A DNA stretch of 64,000 nucleotides from Schizochytrium sp. TIO01. Taxonomy: Eukaryota; Protista; Bigyra: Labyrinthulomycetes. Each line of letters opens with the position of its first letter. Position 1 is the first letter of the stretch. The notes beneath the pieces are model-generated. The model was not told the origin of the DNA, made no database searches, and worked only from the letters and a program-made list of their open reading frames with translations. Of the stretch, positions 23,675-34,391 are shown one piece after another. The stretch spans positions 4,774,001-4,838,000 of the forward strand of contig SMSO01000034.1 in assembly GCA_004764695.1 (NCBI GenBank), written 5' to 3'. Position numbers and translations under genes: made by a program.

Positions 23675-23899
23675 TGATTCTTCTGAGGAGCAGACCACTT
23701 ATAAACCTCAGCAATTACACGTACATAATATCTCAATAATAAACAAACTTCCTGCACTTTGAAGAGTGGTTAGGAACTGTTTGAGAACTCAAAAAGAGTG
23801 AACCCGGAACTGCAATGGAATTGTTGCAAATCTAAGCATGAAAGAAGAAAAAAAAAAGATGCTATACAAAGCGACCTAGAGATCCAGACATCCCCAATT

Positions 23900-24004
23900 C
23901 GTGCGACGAGGAATTGAACCTCGAGACCTCGTTTGAACGATTGCTTAGTGTCGAACCCTTAACGGGATCCATGAGAACGAGGCGCTGACCTTCAGCACCG
24001 CACG
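23900..24004 (-). ncRNA. Non-canonical tRNA-like RNA, copy 3
   Basis: Same as copy 2. Confidence 0.75.
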
Positions 24005-24503
24005 TGATTCTTCTGAGTAGCAGACCTCTTATAAACCTCAGCGCGACTTCCGTACCAAAGTTCGTTTGATCCGAAGCAAGTTCCCCAAACGATCTTCATT
24101 GGGTCCAAGTAGGTTCTAGGTACGTTCTAAGAACCAAACCTACCAGTTCCAAAAGGAAATCTCTCTGGTCTGGATCGAAGTTCATTAGATACAAGTGCTA
24201 CTAATACTTACTTACATGAGTTATCTTTTAAAAATAATTTTAAAATATTAAAAAGAAAAAGAAAAAGATATTTAAATATGCACGGTACGTAGGTACATAT
24301 TTCTTTAAAAGATTAAAGTAAGCACAAGAAATACAAAGTACACTCCACCAGCTGGAGCACGATTTCTTGCGCGAGTTGTTTGTTTGTTTCTTTCTCTACG
24401 CTCGACAGGCGCCAAGTCCAGCGAAGCGGGGACAATTCACACGCAATCGAAGCTCAATAGATTGAAAAAGAGAGTGCGGACCGCTGCAACAGCTGTCCGC
24501 CTA

Positions 24504-24592
24504 CACGCGACGAGGACTTGAACCTCGGAATCCCGATAGATTAATCCAAGTTTTAAATGAGAAATCGGGACGCTATCCTTTAGCACCGCGCG
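24504..24592 (-). ncRNA. Non-canonical tRNA-like RNA, divergent paralogue (89 nt)
   Basis: Acceptor CGCGCGG/TCGCGTG; D-arm GCTA-AAGGA-TAGC; 7-bp stem TCCCGAT/ATCGGGA with a 26-nt insert; T-arm CGAGG-TTCAAGT-CCTCG. It is followed by the hairpin GCGGAC..GTCCGC (24476-24500) and T5 (24465-24469). Confidence 0.75.
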
Positions 24593-25133
24593 TTACCGCT
24601 ATCAAGAAATCACACGTCGACCTTCGCGGGAATCGATCCTAAGACTTCGCTCGCGAGAGACCCAAAGCGCAGTTATACTGAAGAAGTTCATGACCTGCCA
24701 GTATAAGGAATGCTGCGCGTCGCGGTTTTATATGGCGGGGTCCGCGGAAGTACGGTATCTGAGGAAATTGGACGGAGGGAAAGAAGGCGGAACCGCGAGC
24801 GAAAGATATTGGAGAGCGCTGCGAACGGCTGCAGAGGATGCGGCCGTGGACTGAGTAGCTGATGGTGACGAGTCTGCGCATCGTTGTGCCGTAGTTGGAT
24901 TGAGGAGGTCCTCGGAACGTTCAAGGAAAGTAAAAAATGAAAGCAAAAATTAGAGGATTTTGAACTTCAAAATTGACGTCGCGAGGTGAAACCAAACCGC
25001 TTTCCTTCTTCAGCTTCTTGGACCTTGTGCAAGGGAGAGGCGTCGCTGGGCCAGCAAATCTGAAACTCGGTTCAAGAGTTGGTTGCGAGAACAGACAGGG
25101 TGGGGCGCGGTTCTCAACAGGGAAGACGGGAAG

Positions 25134-28100
25134 ATGGCACAGGCTGGCGAGCCCACGAAGGTGGGGGTGCTGGGGCTGCTCGGTGGCTTCTCTGGAGATG
25201 AGGAGAAGCGCGAATGTCTAGAGGCACTCTTTAAGGACGGCCGGCTGCCCAGCGCTGAGGAAGTTATGAAGGCGGTGCAGAATTTGCCTCACAAGACTCG
25301 CGTGAGCCTGTTGGCGATACAAATCCGCGATGCCAAAGCACAAGGACGTGAGCTAGACGGCCTAGCCGACCTTGTGTACAGCCTCCTCACAATGCAAGAT
25401 TCAAGCATATCAAGTGCAAACGAGAGCGACAACGCTGGCAATGATTCCCAACGATGATTCTATGGAAGAGGCGTCAGTGTCACCACTCACGGATAACGAG
25501 TTTGTGCGTGTTCTTTATGCAGACGCCAACCCAGTGCGTATGACGAATCGGCAAGATCTAGCTGAGATTGCCCTCACTGTGGCACCCCAACTTGGCAGAC
25601 GGGGAGCCGATATGCTCTTGTACGCCGTGGCAGAGGCTAGCGTCTCAATGCAGGCTCTGGCGATGCGTGGAGCGGTAAAGTGCAAGGATGTCTTGGACGA
25701 GGAATTGGTGATGCTGGTAAGCTCTGCGCGTACTGCTCAAGAGATGCGCACCCGCACAGAGCAAGTTCTGCGTGGCAGACCCTCTACGGGAGTGGCTGAC
25801 GCTCTCTTTGAGAATTTGAGGTATCCAGAGCCCACCCTTGCCTTCAATGTAGTTATGCCCAACTGCAGCGCCGGGCTGGTCATAAAACTGGTACGGGAGT
25901 CGCTAGACAAAGTCCTCGTAGGTTTGCCTCTGACCTCGGAACCATCCAGGCCTCTGCTTAATCATCTTCCAATGAAAAGGCTCTGGAACCGCTATAGTGA
26001 CTCACTACTTCAAGCTTATGAGACTTATCTGCAGGCTGCAAAGGCAAAGGGGGGAGCGCATGCCCTGGTTGGCGTTGGCCAGATTCACCTGATGTGGGCC
26101 TCTGTAGTGCAATCTTGGCAAGGTGTTCCGCGTGCTGGGAGTACCCGTCTTTTGCGTCTCATTATGGCATATCCGCCCTTTGCATTTCAAAATAACTCAC
26201 CCGCACACCAGGGTGACCTCTTGAAACAAATAACACAACATGATGTGAATGAGCTTACTGAGAACGTTCTTCAGCTGAAACTGCCTAACTGGTTCACCGC
26301 GAACAGCCCCATTCTATCTTCGCTAAGCTTTCAGCAAGTTGTGGATGTCTACCTAGGATGCTTCCAGACTCCCTTGGCTAAAACTGATCCTGCATCCAGT
26401 CTTCCTGTGATTGTGAGTTCGCTGAAATGGGCTCCCGTTGCAGGTACACTCGGCAAACACTTGCATGTCCGCCTGAACAGGAAACTTGCTCGAGACATTC
26501 GCTTTGCCTCAAGTAAGGGGAAAACAGAAGCTTTGCAAAAGCTTATCACTTGGTATGTGGCACAAATCACAAAACTTATTCAAAGTGAAGACAATGTTAC
26601 GCTTGGCACAAACAACGAGACCTCCCCGCTAGTATGGGACTTCACACTTTGCCAGGTATTACCCGAACCTGGGGAAACATGCCGCCAGGGTCAACTTCAG
26701 CGCGAGGCAACACTATTCAGTCGGGCTCGGGCCCGCTTTGATGAGCATATTTCAGGCTTGAATGAGCACATTGGAAAAGGAATATTCGGTGCTTTCGAGA
26801 TAGACAATTCAAACTTTTCAAGTAAGCTCGGTAAAACCATGTGTGATGCACGTTTCGATGCAATTATCCACTTTGCAGAACAACTTTTGCTACGTGCTGA
26901 CCAGGGCAATGCCGCAACGGAAAAGGACAAGACAAAGAAGGTTATGCTTGTTGGATTTGCAAAGAGCTTGTTTCTCTACGCTAGCGCCCTGGTGCATCAC
27001 GTTCAGGACATAAGCAGGTACCTTACGCTTCTTCGTGCTATGGTCTCCAAATGGCTCCCCATTCATGAAGCTCTGTCAAGTGTGACTGCAACAAATGCAG
27101 CTTACGAAAGTTCGTATGGCTATAGAAATCGTCATAGATATGAGCCTATTCAATTTTCAGAGTCAACTTTTATACTAGAACTCTGTCGTGCCTTGAAATA
27201 TGGCAAGGAGGGAAACCAGTGGAAACAGATTATGAAAGTTGTATTGGATGGGTGCGTTAAATCACACCTTGAAAGACTCGAATTTATGCTCCAGCCGCAT
27301 ATATTAGACCGCGTCAGTAGTGTCTTTGAGTGCCTAAATTCAATTGACAATGATCTCACTAGTCTCCTTAATAACCCTGAAGTTTCCGGAACTGATGGTT
27401 TTGCCTATTGGAAACATCTCATCGACGAGGTGGGAGAAAAGGGTCTTGCCATGATAGTAAATCAGTGGCAAAAGTATGCACGACACTCTGCGTTTGAGTT
27501 CCCTCCGATGCCGGAGGATGCCGACAGCTCGATGATTTGGAGCTCTGAGGCACACAAACTTGTGAAAGCAAACTATGAGAAGTCCACATCTCTATCTCTA
27601 CAAAGGGATATGCTTGCTCGGTGGGAAAGTATGGTAAGCACAATGTACGCGCCAATTGCACAGTCCAAGACCTTTTCAAAACACAATGTTGATGAGATTT
27701 TCTGGAAGTATCGGCCACCCTGTAAGATCTCTCCTCAGATTTTTGGCAACCTCTTAGTCAAGATGCTGATAGTGGGCCCCGAGGGCGCCTCTAGCGACCG
27801 AGAGAGGCTATGCGAGATTGTTAAGGATCTAGCAAAGATTGTGTGTGAAACGTCCAACACGGAAACATCGAACTCTTTGTCACGAATCTTGGCAACTCTT
27901 GTGAGATTTAGAGCGACAATCCCTATTGAAAAAGTATTTCCAGGCATTGGGGAAATCTTCGTGGAAGCTGTGACCTGTGATGAACATTTTCTCTTTTCAT
28001 TTGTGACTTCGCAGTTGAACAGGTTACCAGGCTCTTCATCGAGTTCCATCGACTTTGTTGATCGAACTATTCATGTTGTTATGACTGAATTTATTCCTCA

Positions 28101-31100
28101 GCTCAAGGTCCTTCGGCCATCTGAGCAGCAGACGTTGATAAAATCTCTTGAGAGCAATGCTCACATGCGGGATCGAGCTTTTGCAAAAACTCGCCGTGAG
28201 GCTTGCAAACAGAAAAACTTTTCTCCAGGACGTCGCCAGGTATACAGTGAACTTCTTCGAAAAGCTTGCCAGCGGAAAGGCTACACAAGCATTGCACAAT
28301 TATTTGCTAATCAGGTGCGTAGTATCATGAATGAGCAAGGTCCTTACCGTCTTGAAGCTCTAGCAGATCTGAACGGAATATGGGATACGATTGTGCCCCT
28401 ATTTTTGCTTGTACCAGTGGTTGATAGCCGTTTCCCGCATTACATTGTCGATACAGCAAATCAAAGCGGCTTTTTGCAGGCTTGGGAATTACCTCGCTGT
28501 GCTGAACAGGTTCGCGCTGCATTTGAAAAGCTGACGCAGGACACGGTTGGTGCAATCAATATGGATGCCCGCTCTATGACAGCTGCCAAGTCCCACCTCG
28601 AAGGTATGATCTCATATGTGCAAACCATATGCTGTTTCCGACTTGAAGCTCGTAATAATGAGTTGCAGCAAAGCTCTGACAACTACATGGAAGAAAGGAA
28701 GAAATGGTATATCTCTGCCGCAAAGTGTAAATTGATGATCGAGAGTGTAACTCAGGGAACGCGCGCTCTTGAGTCTATTCAACTTGGGTTTGCCAACATG
28801 GAATCTGCCCAAAAGAGCCCTCTTCGTATAGACTTTGACACTGATCTTAAACCAATGCTTGACTCAGTCCTTCATCAAGATGCCTCGGAGACAGCTCGTG
28901 CTGATTATCTTCGTGCCATTCAGACAGAGAACAAAATGATTCCGCGAGCCCATGTCACATTTGAAATCGACGTGTTCGAGCTCCTCGAGATTGTGCAGGC
29001 AGGATATGCAAGCCTTGGTTTGGATGAACCCTTTTCGCCATCCAATATGCTAGCTCCTACATTGGAGCGTCTTAACAGCCTGGTAACAGCGATTGGCGCC
29101 TTCTGGCCGGCGATTCCAGGTATTCTGAAGACTATTGAGACTCTGAGCAAGGCATCATCTGTACCAAGAGATCGGCTCTGCGATTTGCGAGGAACCTATC
29201 AGCTTATTCAGTCCCTTTTCGATCTGACTGAAAGCTTTGAACCACTTGGTATGGCCTTACCCAGTTTGCGCAGTGCGATTTATCGCCTAGTGTGTGAGGG
29301 AATTCCAGCTGCGTCAAAAACATATATTTATAGGCATCCAGGCGAGAGTTATGACGCTAACCTTCATAAAAGTATCGCGTCCGGATGGGAGAAGGTCAAC
29401 CGTGTCAACGAGGCTTTTTGCACACTAGGGGCTAATTTGGAACACCTGTTGACGACAAAGCTTGGCCCTCGTTCATTGGCGGCCTTTCATTGGCTAAATA
29501 AACTCCTTCCGCCCGTCTGTAGTCCAGAGGATGCTTTGAACAGGAAAGATATCCAGCTTCAAGCACGCATTGCCAGAGATCTGTTGCGTGTGGATAAGAG
29601 TGCTGTGCACCTACCATTTGTGCAAAAGGTGCTCTGCAACATACGCCAAGACCACTTGTGGCCATTTGTAAATCCATTATTGCCTCACGAAAATTTTGCA
29701 GGTCAGTTTCAAATGGAAGCAGCAAGCACGATAGAAAGCTTATTATCTATGACAGATCCGAAAGAACGCGAAGAGTTCTTGCAAAGCATTGTAGGTTTCC
29801 GTCTTGGTCAGCTTGGAAATCGCTTACGTCTGCAAAAACTCCCTGTCCCTGTATTACATCGTCTTGCAGAACAATGCTGGGAGGACTTTTCAAATGAAAA
29901 GCTTACCTTTAAGGAACGTCAAGATGCTCTTGTGCAGTGGCTCAGGAACCCGTCATTGGGTTCGCGGGAGGTGGTAAATAGCCTTGTCGAACTATATGAA
30001 GTTGCTGCCAAGGAAACCGAGGAAAGTAATGCTCTGTCTCCTCAGACGCAGGGAAGTATTTCCAGTATTATTGCTGGCATGTTTTCCATCCAAGATCCAC
30101 TCTCATGCCTTGGCTTTCTTCTATCCCCGAGTGTCATGCAAAAGGACTATGGCAACGCAACTGCAACTGCACTTGCTGGAGCACGGCAGAAAATAAGCGA
30201 GTCCAAGTTTGTGGAACTTATTCGGATTGTGTTGGGGCCGGATCACCGGAAGGTCTTGAAAGTAGGGCTTCATAAATCTTTGGTGCGTCTCCTGACAAGC
30301 TTGCAGACGCCAGCAGCTCTAGATCTGCTCAAGTCAGAGTGGAACCAGAAGGAACCTGCACTGCATTTAGACGTGAAACGTGTCATTGTGCAATTTGCAC
30401 TGTCTTGTTTAGACTCTGGTCGCGATGGGCGTGCAAAAGCTGAGGACTCGTGGCTAGCTGTCGAGGCTGACTTTGCCATGTCCATCCTGCAAGACCTTGC
30501 AACTGCGACCCGGCATGAGATGGACTTGCGAGGCTATTTGCTTGGTGCGCAGCCTGAGAATACGCCTTACATAGATGGCCCTGACCGCAACAAGTTTTGG
30601 CGCTCCCATGCTGGTACATTCCATACGGTACTTTCTCAATTCAAGTTAGAAGTAAACCGATCGGATCTCCACATTGATGCTGCCTATGATGCGGCCATGT
30701 CCACTGCAACAACCATTCACCGAAAACATGCCTCGGAGTTTTACAAGCGTGTCATTGTACGACTCGCTTGTGTTGCTCGCCCTGCCGAGGAATCATTTGT
30801 GATTCCCGTTGCGCGAGTACTCGCCACTACTTCCTGGGCAGAATATGTTCAGGATGCTGACTTTATCATACGCCTATTAAGCGAGGTGCAGATTCAGACT
30901 GCACCTTCCTTGAAGGACTTGACTAGCCTGGCCGTCCTCGCAGAATCTAGTCATGAGCTCTTTCAGGTGCGAGGTCTAAGCGCGGCCCTTGTGTGGCACC
31001 GACTGGTGCGACAATACTGCAAGGATTCAAAGGAATACGCAATCACAGCTACAGCAAAGCAAATTGAGGATGATGTAAATGTTTTACTCACTGAGTCGCG

Positions 31101-31347
31101 CATTAATTTGAACAAGATTCTTTTGGCGACTGCCAGACTTGAGACAATTGCCTGGGTTGCACTCTCGTTGGCAAATGAAAGTCAAAGAGAGGCCAGGATC
31201 GAAAATTATGCGTTTTTGCGAGGTTGTTATGGCTACGTTGGAGATCATGAAGTTGCGATGAGGAAGCTTCAGAGGGCTGGTCTTTTATCAGAGGGCATGA
31301 AGCTGAATCAAGTCTGCTCCACCTTTTTCTCTTCGAATTCTCGCTGA
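25134..31347 (+). CDS. Large (~2070 aa) uncharacterised, predicted alpha-helical protein; apparent 1-nt frameshift near 25448
   Basis: The 1991-aa ORF overlaps an upstream ORF starting MAQAGEPTKV (ATG 25134). Removing one C from 'gattcccaacgat' joins them (…AGNDSNDDSMEEAS…). I recognise no catalytic motifs. Confidence 0.75.
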
Positions 31348-31965
31348 TCTTGATCTCCTGGGTTATTTTTTTTTGGTTAGATGTTTTTCTCCTATGGAAA
31401 ATAGATATCCTGAAATACAATAACGCCTGATGTTGACTCTACTGGATTTCTCAAACCAAGAACGCAAATGGGGTACATTCAGTACATGCTGATGCCGTCT
31501 GGTTGAGAGCACCTAATTGAAAACTTTTCTCCTGAGAAAGCATTAAAGGAGAGTATGGAATGGATTTATTATTAAGATTTTCACTTGAGATTATAAATGA
31601 AGTCTTTGTTAATTTTTTATGATATTTAGCATTCAAACTTTGACTGTTACTTTCGAAAGTCAAGCGTGCACTCGAAGAATTGATACAGCGATAGCTAGCT
31701 GGAAAAAACAGGAGAGGATTTCTGTTTTGCTTTTCTTTCTTTAACTTTTGTATTTAAGTTTCAAGGCTGTGCAAACTATAAATTTGAAATGGTCAATGAG
31801 ATAATCTGATATGCAGAGTTTGACCCGCTTTGAACATGAAAAAAAATCTATTTTCAAAAAATTGATTCGAAACTTGTTTAAAGTATAGGAGAATAGTGGT
31901 TGAAGAAGCAAACTACTCTCTCTAACCTTTTATTTGACAGAAGTTCAAAGCGTACCTCAAATCAT

Positions 31966-33030
31966 TCATTGAGAAGACCCAGTGAGAGGGAAAGCTGAAC
32001 CCTTTACAAACTGCCAGAGTCCGTAACCTTGAGAACCCCACGAAATGCAGAGCCACGCGTGTAAGATCGTGTTGGTCACACCTAATGAAGGCTCAAGATA
32101 GTTCAGAATGTCATAAGTCGGTAAAAGGACACTATTTGCAATGGCCCCAAAGACCAGGATAACTGTTGTGGAGACGGTGATGCTGACATTTTGCCACGAA
32201 GTGCGTGAGATAATGACTGACATGAGATAGAACGTTGGTGGTGCCTGAGTAACCCCTGTAAGGAAGATGTCACATGCGGGTTGAGCCATTGAAAAACGAC
32301 CTGATATAACCACGCCCATAAAGAAAAGTGACCACAAAGCCCAGCAGAAGCCGGGAACTACAGGCACGCGAAACCTCGGATGCGTCTGCTTGTCATCAAG
32401 TGGAAGACGTGCAATTGCCGAAGCTGCCTCCCCCATAATTCCTCCTGCGACGGCAACCGCACCAACGCAGACATTCCACATAAGCCTAAATTGGAGTTTA
32501 TGGAGGGAATGTGCCAGAAAGTGGTGACATATTGCACCCGCAAACGTAGAAATAGAATATGAAAAAAGGAGAGCAGAAGATGTAGCCATGAGTCGAGCGT
32601 TTTGTGGCGTGCGCTTCTCGGAGAGAATAGCTAAGGCAAAAAATGTCATAATGATAGAAAGGAGGTAGTCCGTAACGTACGTAGGCCAAGTGTCATCAAA
32701 TTTGACAGGGTGCTGATAATTAAAGTTCACCATAGTATAGAGTTCAGGACCAACGAGGATCGCTGTGAGTGGAGGAAGATATTGAGCCAAAGCGTAGGTT
32801 CCAAGAATAAGAGCACTAAAGATGATCAGCCATGCGAGCGCGTTGGCCAAATCGGGGTCGCCAAAAGCCTCTAGTGTACGGAAAGCTTGCTTACCAAAGA
32901 TGCTTTTGACGGGTAAAAGGTGGTCCTGTCTTGCCTTTTCAACATTTGCTCCATTCTTGTCTTCCCTGTCTGGTTTATGAGTAGGGATGGTGGCGTTTGC
33001 TTTAAATGTTGGCTGTGAAGAGTCAGACAT
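31966..33030 (-). CDS. Multi-pass membrane protein (DUF6962/CREST-like, tentative)
   Basis: About 7-8 hydrophobic segments with PTYVTDYLL, GAICHH and NTILH motifs. The conserved-looking His residues suggest a metal-binding membrane hydrolase-like fold. The family assignment is from memory. Confidence 0.6.
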   Translation of the reverse strand: MSDSSQPTFKANATIPTHKPDREDKNGANVEKARQDHLLPVKSIFGKQAFRTLEAFGDPDLANALAWLIIFSALILGTYALAQYLPPLTAILVGPELYTMVNFNYQHPVKFDDTWPTYVTDYLLSIIMTFFALAILSEKRTPQNARLMATSSALLFSYSISTFAGAICHHFLAHSLHKLQFRLMWNVCVGAVAVAGGIMGEAASAIARLPLDDKQTHPRFRVPVVPGFCWALWSLFFMGVVISGRFSMAQPACDIFLTGVTQAPPTFYLMSVIISRTSWQNVSITVSTTVILVFGAIANSVLLPTYDILNYLEPSLGVTNTILHAWLCISWGSQGYGLWQFVKGSAFPLTGSSQ

Positions 33031-33760
33031 TGTACTTGTAGGTCTATGTACAGCCACTATGCGCTAATCCTTTTACGAGCAAGCCAAGTTCTCTTCTGTA
33101 GCTGGCGTCGGTGCTATGACGCATAACTAACAGGGTATCTTTTCTCCCCTCTAGAGAACTAATCCATACTTTACAATAATTTTAACTATTAAAAAATGAA
33201 TAAAAATACGAATAAATAGTCAAGCTCCGAGGCTATATATCTATAATAGACCTTGGCCTTTCAAAAATACAGTCGTTAGTGGTGAGGACGCCCCAATAGA
33301 TTAGTAAGGTTCGAGATTTGCCAAAGGGGTGCGCTCTGATATTGCCAATCAATTCTCATAAGATCGCTAGGCTAGTAACTTCTATAGCTCATCATCCTAC
33401 AGTTCTTTTTGTATTCAAGTGCCTATGTAGTAATAGCCTCTAACAACCAATCGAGCTATGGAAGTGAAATCTGATACAGATCAAAGCAGTTGCGCAAGCA
33501 AGGGTTAGTCATTCACGTACACTTCGACCTACTGGGTAACATCATGTATCATAGATGATAATTTATAGCCTTATGTCAAGCAAGATAGGATGATCAAATT
33601 TGCAATAAATGAGCCCGTCAGTCCGCTACGATTTTAGACCCTGCTCCGTACAGCGCAGCAAAACAACAATTAGAATACAGTGAACCGCCATTTGTACAAG
33701 AGTTACAGATACTCCAAGGAACAGTCTGGATCTATTGAGGTTATCGAAGCAGTCTTAAGA

Positions 33761-34282
33761 ATGCAAGAAAACAAGGACAATCGGGGAGAGGTGCTCTTGG
33801 TGTGTCAACAAAAAACAGTGTATCATGGTGCAATTTGTTTTGCCTTGGGATTGTTGTCCGGTATCCCATACACTGGTGTCATTTTACGTGAGTATACCAA
33901 AGACTGGTCTGCTGGTGAGCAAAACGCGCTCATTGGAACAGCGATATACAATTTGGCACTGAAGACTGGCGGCACAGAAAGGGCATGGAAGATGGCTCAT
34001 ATGGAGGGTCTTTTGAATGGAATGAGCATGTTCCTTGTAGCTGCCATCATGCCAGTACTCACAAAGCTTTCTGGAGACGAACTTCGTTCATTGACGGCAG
34101 CTATGCTTGTAACAGGGTATGGAAACTCTGTGGCTTCAATTTTCTGTGCTGCTGCATCGGTCCGTGGCATGGTTCAGGCAGGCTCCTTGATGAATCGTGC
34201 GGGGAATCTGGGCTTCACAGTAGCTGTTGTCACCATTACGCGTGCAGTTTATCTGTTGATGAAAGGAACTGGCCGGGGATGA
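33761..34282 (+). CDS. Styrene-oxide-isomerase (StyC)-like small membrane protein
   Basis: HGAICFALGLLSG in TM1 and the motif RAWKMAHMEGLLNG resemble the StyC-family W..AH....NG haem-ligand motif. It has 4 TM segments and no introns. Confidence 0.6.
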   Translation: MQENKDNRGEVLLVCQQKTVYHGAICFALGLLSGIPYTGVILREYTKDWSAGEQNALIGTAIYNLALKTGGTERAWKMAHMEGLLNGMSMFLVAAIMPVLTKLSGDELRSLTAAMLVTGYGNSVASIFCAAASVRGMVQAGSLMNRAGNLGFTVAVVTITRAVYLLMKGTGRG

Positions 34283-34391
34283 TTTTTGCGATGCATAACA
34301 ATAGCATATTGCCAGATCATTTTTAATAAATGTAAATAATTGCAAATTTTAAAGTCAAGTATAAGAGTACAAAATTAAACTTTTGCTTTGT

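Larger units (their letters stand above)
23147..24042. repeat. Tandem repeat, ~329-330 bp x ~2.7, each unit carrying a tRNA-like gene
   Basis: Units start at ~23147, 23477 and 23806 and are near-identical, with only a few substitutions. Confidence 0.95.

Noticed and set aside
23203-23714. Repeated 60-aa ORFs MLRFISGLLL…
   Set aside because: They have non-ATG starts and overlap the tRNA-like genes; the RNA structure and covariation explain the sequence better.
24600-24730. Telomerase RNA
   Set aside because: There is no CCTAA-type template of more than one repeat on the apparently transcribed (minus) strand.
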